Positions 31,040 through 38,693 of a stretch of 64,000 nt of DNA are shown in pieces; positions within the stretch are counted from its first letter, which is position 1, and every line of letters starts with the position of its first letter. Under the pieces are notes generated by a model, which did no database searches, had not been told where the DNA came from, and saw nothing but the letters and a program-made list of their open reading frames with translations. Origin of the DNA: Oscillospiraceae bacterium (lineage in GTDB: Bacteria > Bacillota > Clostridia > Oscillospirales > JAKOTC01). Made by a program: the position numbers and the translations under genes. The DNA lies in assembly GCA_035380125.1 (NCBI GenBank), contig DAOSWV010000002.1:73270-137269 (forward strand). Direction: 5' to 3'.

Positions 31040-32221
31040 TTATAAAACATAACTACCGTATTTGACGGCGAGATTCCAGCGGTCGTCGCACAGGGCTGCG
31101 CGGCCCTGATAATACAGCAAAGCGCGGTCGGCAATGGCCGGGTCGTGAAATTTGAAGCACAGCGGCGTCGAAATCTGCGGCGCGGCATCGATGAAATTTT
31201 CGAGCGCGTCGGTGTTTGGAATCTCTACAACCGGTATAATATCGTCTTCAATATCCAAAATGTTATCCGCTAAATCCTCGTCGGCTTTGATCGGGTCGGA
31301 AAAGACCGAATCGGGGCCGATTTTGGTATAGCGGCTCTCGCTGCAAATGTATTCGCCGTTCTTTTTCGGCGTATGGAACGCAAGCCCTTCGGTCGCTGCA
31401 ATCATGGCGCGGATATGGTCGGCATTGGTGCCGCAGCAGCCGCCGAGTACCGTCGCACCGGCTTCGACCAGCGGTTTGACAAACGCTGCGAATTCTTCCG
31501 GACCCATGCGGTGAAGTCCGTTCGGGTCGGGCAGGCCTGCGTTGGGTTTGGCGATCATCGGCAGGGTTGAGATATCGCGTGCGGACGCAATGACGGGCGG
31601 CATATTTTCCGGGCCGCCGCTGCAGTTGAGGCCTGCGGCAAACGCGCCGAGCGATTCGGCGATAATCATGGCGCAGGGCAGGGTGCAGCCGGATAAAGTC
31701 CGGCCGCTTTTTTCGACTGTGATCGAGATTAAAAACGGCAGACCGGCGGTTTTTGCTGCAAGTGCCGCCGCGCGAAAATCCGAGGCGCAGAGTTGGGTCT
31801 CGATGGCGACGCCGTCCGCTTTTTCCGCTGCAAAAGCTGAGGTCTGAAGAAGAAAAATCTCATAGAGTTCTTCCATCGACACCTCGCCGACGGGCAGCAC
31901 AAATTCGCCGCTGGCCGAGATGTCGCCGAGGACGAGCTTATCTTTCGCGACCGATTTTGCCATCTTGACAAACATCCGGTTATATTCGCGTGCGCGTCCT
32001 TCCAGTCCGAATTTGGCCAGTTTGGGTGCGGTCGTCTCAAACGTCGGGGCGTAAATGGCGTCGGAACCGGCGTCGATATAGCTTTTCATGATGTCGAGCA
32101 CGACCTGCGGGTGCTGTTCCATCCACTGCTCGGGGCAGGCGCCGCGCGGCATGCCCGCTTTGAACAGGTTTGCGCCCATGCTGCCGTCGAGAAAAAACGG
32201 TGTTTTATTGATAATGGCCAT
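31040..32221 (-). CDS. Homocysteine S-methyltransferase domain protein (MetH N-terminal-domain-like) with ~100-aa C-terminal extension
   Basis: 393 aa. FLDGSMGANLFKAG lies at the N-terminus, and the zinc-site motif GGCCGTNADHIRAM is present. Confidence 0.75.
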   Translation of the reverse strand: MAIINKTPFFLDGSMGANLFKAGMPRGACPEQWMEQHPQVVLDIMKSYIDAGSDAIYAPTFETTAPKLAKFGLEGRAREYNRMFVKMAKSVAKDKLVLGDISASGEFVLPVGEVSMEELYEIFLLQTSAFAAEKADGVAIETQLCASDFRAAALAAKTAGLPFLISITVEKSGRTLSGCTLPCAMIIAESLGAFAAGLNCSGGPENMPPVIASARDISTLPMIAKPNAGLPDPNGLHRMGPEEFAAFVKPLVEAGATVLGGCCGTNADHIRAMIAATEGLAFHTPKKNGEYICSESRYTKIGPDSVFSDPIKADEDLADNILDIEDDIIPVVEIPNTDALENFIDAAPQISTPLCFKFHDPAIADRALLYYQGRAALCDDRWNLAVKYGSYVL

Positions 32222-32246
32222 CGTATCACCCTTTCCGAATCGGAAT

Positions 32247-32669
32247 TTATAGATTCAATGTGCAGAGATACCGGATGCAGCCGGGGTATTTTTCGCCGAG
32301 AGAAGTAATTTCAAAACCGTAACTGCGGTAAAAACCCACCGCGTCGTCGTCTGTTTCGGCGGTGATTTGAATGCAATGAAGATGATCAGCCGCATAGGCG
32401 ATTAGTTTTGAACCGATTTGTTGATTACGGCGATCCGGATCGACGGCGATGCTGAGGATTTCGAAAGATTGCGTACCGCGGTTTTTCAAAACGATGACGC
32501 CGAGGGAGTTTTCGTTTTCGATACAGGCGAAAGCAGCGACATCGGGGTCGGTCTGATAGGCGGTGGCGCGCGCAGCAACTTTTTCAGGCGTCGGTTGGTA
32601 TTGGCTTAAGGCAAGAACGGAACGGACCGAGGGGTCATTTAAACGGTTTTTGATATCGGTGATCGTCAT
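32247..32669 (-). CDS. GNAT family N-acetyltransferase
   Basis: IAVDPDRRNQQIGSKLI is the acetyl-CoA motif. The start is set to MTITD (32669, GGAGG RBS) instead of the track start 32750. Confidence 0.75.
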   Translation of the reverse strand: MTITDIKNRLNDPSVRSVLALSQYQPTPEKVAARATAYQTDPDVAAFACIENENSLGVIVLKNRGTQSFEILSIAVDPDRRNQQIGSKLIAYAADHLHCIQITAETDDDAVGFYRSYGFEITSLGEKYPGCIRYLCTLNL

Positions 32670-32797
32670 AAAATGCCTCCGCAAGTCCCTGCCGTTTGGT
32701 GTGCGTACCATTTTAGCACAGCGCGGATATAAAAGCAAATAAAAACGCACCGGTTTTTAGTCGGTGCGTACGAAATATCAATAAGAATGATAAGCCT

Positions 32798-32844
32798 GAG
32801 ATTCTTCGCTTCGCCCCTGTTTCACAGCGGGCGGCTCAGAATGA
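32798..32844 (+). repeat. Intergenic repeat unit GAGATTCTTCGCT...CTCAGAATGA (family also at 47731-47781)
   Basis: An exact 13-mer and an exact 10-mer are shared with the copy between rimI and tsaD. Confidence 0.7.
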
Positions 32845-32855
32845 TAAATTTGATG

Positions 32856-33170
32856 CTACCGCTCGATTTTGATCTCGACATCTTTGGGCAGGGCAAGACC
32901 GGCTTCGACTTCCATGGTCTTGAGCATGGCGGTGCAGACCGGGCAGGCGGTGTGTTTGAGATGCGGGGACACGACCTTATAAATCTCGGTCTCGCAGGGC
33001 TTTTTGAACAATTCCGTGAGCGGGTCCATCGGCCCGAGTTCCTTTGCACCCGCCATCACCATCGGGCAGTTGCTTTTTACCTCAAGCTCGATCAGATCGT
33101 CGTCGTTGGTGGTTGCGGTGATGTCGGTTTCGAAGCCGCAGATACCGGCCTTTACATGCGATTTTGCCAT
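32856..33170 (-). CDS. Small Cys-rich protein of unknown function (5 Cys incl. CPVC)
   Basis: 104-aa ORF with RBS GGAGT. Cys residues are at 11, 35, 59, 76 and 79 (KHTACPVCTAM). It lies 12 nt downstream of the 701-aa ORF. Confidence 0.55.
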   Translation of the reverse strand: MAKSHVKAGICGFETDITATTNDDDLIELEVKSNCPMVMAGAKELGPMDPLTELFKKPCETEIYKVVSPHLKHTACPVCTAMLKTMEVEAGLALPKDVEIKIER

Positions 33171-33182
33171 TTTTAAAACTCC

Positions 33183-35288
33183 TTATTTCAATGAGATTTC
33201 AGTGTGCAATGTGTTGCCTGTGAGCGGGATTAACAAGCCGTCGCCCTCGGGTCTTGCGCCGGAGAGTTTCGGAGTCACTTTATCCGGGGTGCGAACATGC
33301 AAGAAAATTGTTTTGAGCGGTGTATGGCCGGGTTTGAGGGTGAAGTCAAAGGTCATAACCGATCCCATACGCTCGAGGGTATAACTGACATCGCCGAAGT
33401 CGGTGCGGATATTTTCGATTTTAATATGTTCGTTGTCGGCCATCCATTCACGCGGCAGCATACGGGCGATGTGCAAGATACCGTCTTTTTCGGTGACAAG
33501 GCCATCGCGGATATACTGCATAAAGGCGTTCGGAGTAAAAGTGTGCTGGATGTCGCCGGTGATCTTGGTTGCGCCGGGTTCGGGCATGCGCTCCTCGCAC
33601 CAGGTGAACAGCGGCGTGCCGTGGTTGAGGGTGATCGGTAAGTAAGCGGCGGCTTCGTCGATCTCGCCGCGCGCGATATGTCCTCTGGCGATTTGGTCAA
33701 GTGCCATTGCGACCCAGAGACCGCCTTTCATCCAGCCGAGATCGACCGGGACGCCGCCCTCGCTGCGGGTGCGGGTCAGATGGCGCATGGTGCCTTCAGC
33801 CAGCGGGTCGAACGGGCTCATCAGGTCGACGCCTTCCATGAACGGCAACACCGCGCCGAACCGGCTGCCCGAGGTCTTGCCCGGAACGGCCGGAATCCAG
33901 CGGTAACCGTCTTCCTCGATGGAGCCGCGCTGCATGGCTTCATAAGTGCAGGCCCACAGGTCGTCGAGTTCGGGTTGGAACTCGGAGATGATTTCGGGTT
34001 GATTCAGCACTTTTGCGGCATAGATGACGTCTTTGAGGGTTTGGCAGTGCGCGACGCTCGCCATGAAGAAATGGCCGAAATAATCGTCGCCGTCCATCAG
34101 GCCGCCGTCGCCCATGCTGCGCGGCAGCATGCCGTAATAGAGCACTTTTTCGCCGTTTTCATCGGTGATTTTGGTTTTGTTCCGGGCGTTTTTGATATAC
34201 CGGCAGTGGGCTGCCATGCGCTCCATCGGGATTTTGAGGGAACTCTTATCGCCCGTGAGTTCGTAATAACGGATATAAAAACGCATGCGGTACATCTGTG
34301 TCCACAGAATGTGGTGACCCCAAACGCGCACATCGTCCCAGCGTCCGTTCGGCTCCTGAAACAGCATCAAGATATCGACCATATCACTGGAGATATCCGA
34401 AAAGCCGAACGAAGCCAACAGCTGCGAGGCGATAGTCGGCTCGACGGTATTGGTGGCACGGTACATCTCCGAACCGGCGACACCGGCGGTATAGCCCTCG
34501 ATGGCGCGCTCGCGCATGACAAATATGTCGGCGAAGCAGGCGTAAAAAGCGTCCTCGACCATTTTGTCAGGCAGTTCGATTTTGCTGATTTTTTCAAAGA
34601 TCGCGGCCCACTTGGAAAGGCCCCATTCGATCTCGGCGTCCCAATCGCGGTTTGTCCATTCTTCGAGCGCGTCGAAAGTGATTCTGCGCGGGATGACGAG
34701 ATATAAATCCCGTTTCTCGCCGGGTTTCAGGGTCAGTCCCATGCGCGCCTGCCGGACCTTTTTGGGCTTGATGTCGTCGCCGCCGAGGCAGAAAGCCATC
34801 ACGCGGTCGGCGCGTTCGTTCATATGGGGCAGAAGCGCATTATAACGCGCGTCATCTTCCATCCAAAGCAGGTTAAAGCAAAAATGTTTGGAAAGGGCGT
34901 TGATATCGAGTTCGACCGGGTCTTTGCCGGTGTTTTCTGCGGTAATGCGCATAGCCATGGCATCGCGGCAGGGGGCGGTGAAGGTATGTATCTGAGCGGA
35001 TTTGCCCGCCAAGGTGCATTCCAATGCGGGATAGCGGTTTTGATAACGGCGGTAGGACGAGGTTTTCATCGGCTCGCCGTTTTCGGTGGCCGAGACATTG
35101 ATGATCCAATCGATGCGCGGCCAGGCGAATGCGCCGAACGGCACCTGTGACAGGTCGCCGTCCGACCAAGAGAGCGCAATTTGATCGGCGCTGACATCGG
35201 CCAGTAGTTTGAACCCGTCAGACGGCAGGCAGACGGTCAGGCGGTGAGGGAACCCGAAGGCATGAGAAAAGTCGATTTGGGTTTTCAT
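33183..35288 (-). CDS. Large cytoplasmic protein of unknown function, possibly (alpha/alpha)6 glycoside-hydrolase-like
   Basis: 701-aa ORF with no signal peptide and coding-like composition. I recognise no diagnostic motif. The glycosidase-like guess rests only on size, context and a C-terminal beta-sandwich-like tail. Confidence 0.4.
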   Translation of the reverse strand: MKTQIDFSHAFGFPHRLTVCLPSDGFKLLADVSADQIALSWSDGDLSQVPFGAFAWPRIDWIINVSATENGEPMKTSSYRRYQNRYPALECTLAGKSAQIHTFTAPCRDAMAMRITAENTGKDPVELDINALSKHFCFNLLWMEDDARYNALLPHMNERADRVMAFCLGGDDIKPKKVRQARMGLTLKPGEKRDLYLVIPRRITFDALEEWTNRDWDAEIEWGLSKWAAIFEKISKIELPDKMVEDAFYACFADIFVMRERAIEGYTAGVAGSEMYRATNTVEPTIASQLLASFGFSDISSDMVDILMLFQEPNGRWDDVRVWGHHILWTQMYRMRFYIRYYELTGDKSSLKIPMERMAAHCRYIKNARNKTKITDENGEKVLYYGMLPRSMGDGGLMDGDDYFGHFFMASVAHCQTLKDVIYAAKVLNQPEIISEFQPELDDLWACTYEAMQRGSIEEDGYRWIPAVPGKTSGSRFGAVLPFMEGVDLMSPFDPLAEGTMRHLTRTRSEGGVPVDLGWMKGGLWVAMALDQIARGHIARGEIDEAAAYLPITLNHGTPLFTWCEERMPEPGATKITGDIQHTFTPNAFMQYIRDGLVTEKDGILHIARMLPREWMADNEHIKIENIRTDFGDVSYTLERMGSVMTFDFTLKPGHTPLKTIFLHVRTPDKVTPKLSGARPEGDGLLIPLTGNTLHTEISLK

Positions 35289-35304
35289 AAGTACCTCGTA
35301 ATGT

Positions 35305-35397
35305 TGTAGGGAACGGTCTTGACCGTTCCGTTATTTAAGCTGGCTTAACCGAATAAGCGATATAATTTTTTCGGAATGGTCAAGACCATTCCCTACA
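35305..35397. repeat. REPIN-like inverted doublet of the GTAG-headed palindrome
   Basis: TGTAGGGAACGGTCTTGACCGTTCC lies at 35305-35329. GGAATGGTCAAGACCATTCCCTACA lies at 35373-35397. The second copy carries a compensated C>T / G>A pair in its two arms. Confidence 0.85.
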
Positions 35398-35433
35398 CGG
35401 GTTCAGGGACTGACGCAGCGGAAATATAGATTC

Positions 35434-35511
35434 GACCACCCCGCCCTGCGGGCACCCCAAGGCGTCAAAGCCGCCCTATGGGCGGCATAACGACCCATGC
35501 AGAGGGGAATT
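35434..35511 (-). repeat. Repeat unit with ends AATTCCCCTCT ... GGGGTGGTC (second copy at 44313-44371 on +)
   Basis: The reverse complement starts AATTCCCCTCT and ends GGGGTGGTC, as the 44313 copy does. The internal hairpins differ. Confidence 0.55.
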
Positions 35512-35566
35512 AAGTGAAGAGTTAAAAAGGAATGTGCCATGCGGCGGGGAAACAGGGTGTTCAGTC

Positions 35567-35681
35567 GTCATTGCGAGGGGCGTTGCCCCGCGGCAATCCA
35601 GACAAAGAGATAATCAGAACACTTTATTTCTGGATTGCTTCGTCGGCGCAGCGATTACGCTGTGCTTCTCCTCGCAAAGAC
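35567..35681. repeat. Inverted pair of CATTGCGAGG...GCAATCCAGA units
   Basis: Left arm 35567-35602 and right arm 35629-35681. GCAATCCAGA and TCTGGATTGC are perfectly complementary. TCATTGCGAGG and CCTCGCAAAGA are nearly so. Confidence 0.7.
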
Positions 35682-35720
35682 GGTATCCTTCTACAGAGAG
35701 AAACTTTTCGACTTTATTGA

Positions 35721-36419
35721 TTATCGGTTGATTATGTAATTGATCGCAGCCCCTGCGAGGGCAAGGCCGGCGGCGCCGACGACCCATCCGGCGGAGGCGG
35801 GCGGGTGCTTGCCTTTTGCACCGGGTAAAACGATTTCCTGTGGGATTTCGAGCGAATAGACCACCTTGAAATCGAGACCGCGTTTTCTGGCCTCGTGCCG
35901 CATGACGCGCGCCAACCCGTCGCCGCAGCCCGCCGTTTCGGCGATCATTCCGATGCGGAAAGCCGTCGGATCGAGCCGGTTGCCCGCGCCCATGGACGAG
36001 ATGAAACCGGTTTTGCGTTCGGCGGTCTCTTTGACCAGTGCTAGTTTGGTGGTCACGGTATCAATGGCGTCTATAACAAAATCGGGCCCTTCGTCAAAGA
36101 GGAGCCCGAGATTTTCCGGCATAAAAAATTCCTGAATCAGAATCAGCTTTGCGTCCGGGTTGATCGAGAGCAAACGGCGTTTTGCTGCTTCGGTTTTCGG
36201 CATCCCGACCGTCTGTTCCGTAGCTAAAATCTGGCGGTTTAGATTTGAGGGATCAACCGTGTCGCCGTCTGCTAAAATCAAAGTGCCGACCCCGCTGCGC
36301 AGCAGGGCTTCGGCTGCATACCCTCCGACGCCGCCCAAGCCCACAACCGCAATTTTGCTTTTTGCGAGCTTGTCCGCGTTTTCGGCGCCGATCAGCGCCT
36401 GTGTGCGTGAAAGATCCAT
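35721..36419 (-). CDS. tcdA: tRNA threonylcarbamoyladenosine dehydratase (ThiF/E1-like, TcdA family)
   Basis: The VVGLGGVGGYAAEALLRSGVG Rossmann motif and DPSNLNRQ are present. The start is set to MDLSRTQALIG (36419) rather than 36536. Confidence 0.75.
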   Translation of the reverse strand: MDLSRTQALIGAENADKLAKSKIAVVGLGGVGGYAAEALLRSGVGTLILADGDTVDPSNLNRQILATEQTVGMPKTEAAKRRLLSINPDAKLILIQEFFMPENLGLLFDEGPDFVIDAIDTVTTKLALVKETAERKTGFISSMGAGNRLDPTAFRIGMIAETAGCGDGLARVMRHEARKRGLDFKVVYSLEIPQEIVLPGAKGKHPPASAGWVVGAAGLALAGAAINYIINR

Positions 36420-36630
36420 TTTACCTCGAAAAATACGGCTCCCCGCCATGTCGTAGATGCGGATTTTTGATAACCTGCCTAATTTCTTAAACAGGAGGGA
36501 CGTCACCGGCCGGTTTTGTGCTTCCAACGTCCGCAAATGCGGGAGGCCTGCATTCCCGCCGGTCGAGGAGGCGTCCGATTACATGAAGTTGTAGGGTTAT
36601 AAAAACCGCAATTCGCATACATGGCAGGGA

Positions 36631-36974
36631 GATAACGAACTCGTGAACGAGTTCGTTTGGCAAGAATGTCTCTTACGCGACATTCTTGATGGTTTGATGA
36701 ATCCCGAAGGAATTCGTTTGGAAAGAATGCCTCTGACGATGCATTCTTTATGCTGCATGGATGGTTCGTTTGGCAAAAATATTTCTGATGAAATATTTTT
36801 GAGTGTTGCTTAGGGTTGGATGAGAACTCGGAGAATTCGTTTGGAACATGGATAATTCACTTGGCAAAAATGTCTCTTGCGCGATATTCTTGATGTCGAT
36901 TAGAGTTTGTGCGCTATTTAGGACTTGGTTAGAACTCGCGCGACAAGAATATCTCTTATACGATATTCCTGATG
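36631..36974. repeat. Array of five diverged hairpin repeats (consensus TTGGCAAGAATGTC-TCTTACGC-GACATTCTTGATG)
   Basis: Hairpins lie at 36661-36688, 36722-36749, 36774-36801, 36865-36892 and 36944-36971, with 9-12-bp stems. Arm sequences differ between copies but remain complementary. The conserved upstream segment is GAATTCGTTTGG. No ORF explains the array. Confidence 0.85.
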
Positions 36975-36980
36975 TAAAAT

Positions 36981-37277
36981 TTATTCTTCGTCTTCGGATT
37001 CGTCGTCTTCCGCAAAGGCGGCTTCGAAAGCGGTAGAGACCCGTTCGAATTCCGCATCATCTTCGATGATCTCGAAAATCTCTTCGCCGTCTTCTTCGAT
37101 GACTCGGACAATGTAGACGTCCTCGTCTTCGTGGTCACAGTTTTCGTCGGTGCAGACGGGCAGCAGCGCCGCATAGTGTTCGCCGTCGACGTCAAGTTCT
37201 CTGACGATTTCGAATTCGTATTCGTCGCCCTCCTCATCGGTGAGGGTGACGAAATCGTTGCCGTAATCTTCGCTCAT
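36981..37277 (-). CDS. DUF1292 family acidic protein
   Basis: 98 aa. LTDEEGDEYEFEIVRELDVDGEHYAALLP is the typical DUF1292 core. Confidence 0.75.
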   Translation of the reverse strand: MSEDYGNDFVTLTDEEGDEYEFEIVRELDVDGEHYAALLPVCTDENCDHEDEDVYIVRVIEEDGEEIFEIIEDDAEFERVSTAFEAAFAEDDESEDEE

Positions 37278-37291
37278 GGTGATGCCTCCAT

Positions 37292-38659
37292 TTATTCGGT
37301 GATTTTGATAACGGTGATAGAGCCCGGACGCAGATAGAGAACTTCGGGAAGCGGACCGAGTACACCGGTTTGCGCATGATCGTTATTGTTGTCGGTGACG
37401 AAAAAACGTGCTTCGTATTTTTCCGGCAGTCCCGCAGTTTCGAATTTGTATTCGCGCGCGACGCCTTCGTAGTTGGCGATTAAGATGACTTTTTCGGCGT
37501 TGGATTTTGCCGCCAGCACCAGAACTCCGTCGGCACCGCCGGTGCATTCGATTTGATTCATACCGGAGACTTCATGAAAAGCCATCAGGGCATAATACGG
37601 TTTTTGGGGAACGCCGTGCGGATCAAAACAGGTATCCCAGCCACCGCCGCCGTCGGTTCGATAGAAGTTGGCGATCTGCACTGGCAGGTTTTGAAAAGTG
37701 ATCATTGCGCCGAGGATATAACTTGCCGCCCGGGCGCTGCGCATCTCTTCAAAAAGGGCTGCGCGGAAATATTCACCATTCGGATCACCGAGTTTCGGCC
37801 AGATGTCCTCGAATTCCCAGAAATAATTATATTCGGTACACAGCAGTTCGATGTCGGAAAAACCGTTGTTTTCGAGGCTTTGCGTGATATAGTGTACGCG
37901 GTCGCGCAGCTTTTTGAAACTGTCGCCGTAGGCATGGAACGAGAAAAAATCAAATGCATGGGGCGCCTTTTGAAGCGCCGTTAAAAACCCTTCGAAAAAG
38001 ATTCTTCGGGACGGTTCGTCGACCGCACAGGAGGCGTATCCGCCGAACTTTAGTTCGGGATAACGATTTTTAAGGACGGATGATGCGACGCAGTAGAATT
38101 CGTAAAACTGTTCGGGTGTGCCGCTCCACTGGCCGGCCATCGCCATGGCGGATCTTCCGAGATCGGCGTCGGGTTCGTTCCAGATCTCCCAATACCGGAT
38201 GTCATAGGTGAAACCGTCGGCCCAGCCGTGGTTATAGTGTTCGATAATCCGGCAGCAAATACGCGCCCATTTTTCAAAATCTTTCGGCGGTTGATTGTGA
38301 AAACGGAACGGGCCGCCCTCCATGCTGTTCCCGAGCCGGTAGACGATGTCCATGCCCGTGTCCTTGATTGATTTGATATAGTAATCGGTCGGGGCAAAGA
38401 AATAGTTTTTCGGATCGTTTTCGTCGGCGTCAAAATTCGGGAAGATGGCGGGGACGTCAACGCAGGCCAGATGGTGGATGAAACTGTCATGCAGGCGGGT
38501 ATATGAGGGCCGAACTTTTTTAAAATATTTGGCCGTGCGTTCCGTCGGTGCGTTGCAGGTGCCGTTGACCGGCTTGATCGGCCCGATGATCTTGTTGAAG
38601 TCAATGACAAAATCGGGTTCTTTGGGACGATATTGATATTGGTTTAATAAGATTTCCAT
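37292..38659 (-). CDS. Clan GH-A glycoside hydrolase (GH39-like), cytoplasmic
   Basis: 455 aa. YWEIWNEPD is the acid/base Glu context and LLCTEYN is the nucleophile Glu context. Confidence 0.6.
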   Translation of the reverse strand: MEILLNQYQYRPKEPDFVIDFNKIIGPIKPVNGTCNAPTERTAKYFKKVRPSYTRLHDSFIHHLACVDVPAIFPNFDADENDPKNYFFAPTDYYIKSIKDTGMDIVYRLGNSMEGGPFRFHNQPPKDFEKWARICCRIIEHYNHGWADGFTYDIRYWEIWNEPDADLGRSAMAMAGQWSGTPEQFYEFYCVASSVLKNRYPELKFGGYASCAVDEPSRRIFFEGFLTALQKAPHAFDFFSFHAYGDSFKKLRDRVHYITQSLENNGFSDIELLCTEYNYFWEFEDIWPKLGDPNGEYFRAALFEEMRSARAASYILGAMITFQNLPVQIANFYRTDGGGGWDTCFDPHGVPQKPYYALMAFHEVSGMNQIECTGGADGVLVLAAKSNAEKVILIANYEGVAREYKFETAGLPEKYEARFFVTDNNNDHAQTGVLGPLPEVLYLRPGSITVIKITE

Positions 38660-38693
38660 GCTTTACACCAACCTTTCGTGCAGACAGGCGTTT

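Noticed and set aside
35532-35731. Two overlapping 62-65-aa + strand ORFs; also 44145..44381 (+), 44020..44307 (-) and 53823..54005 (-).
   Set aside because: All lie entirely in repeat-filled intergenic gaps and translate the palindromic repeat units (for example SLRGALPRGNPDK and LLTLNCQLL). They have no RBS and no coding-like composition.
36631-36974. Possible degenerate CRISPR array: ~37-nt palindromic repeats with intervening unique sequence.
   Set aside because: The repeats differ from each other at many positions, whereas CRISPR repeats are near-identical. Spacing is irregular (52-91 bp start to start). Conserved sequence extends into the would-be spacers (GAATTCGTTTGG). No cas genes or leader occur in the window. 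It is reported as a hairpin-repeat array instead.
36848-37036. 62-aa + strand ORF inside the hairpin array, and the 93-aa ORF 36956..37237 (-).
   Set aside because: The first is a read-through of the repeat units with no RBS. The second is out of frame within the well-supported DUF1292 gene.
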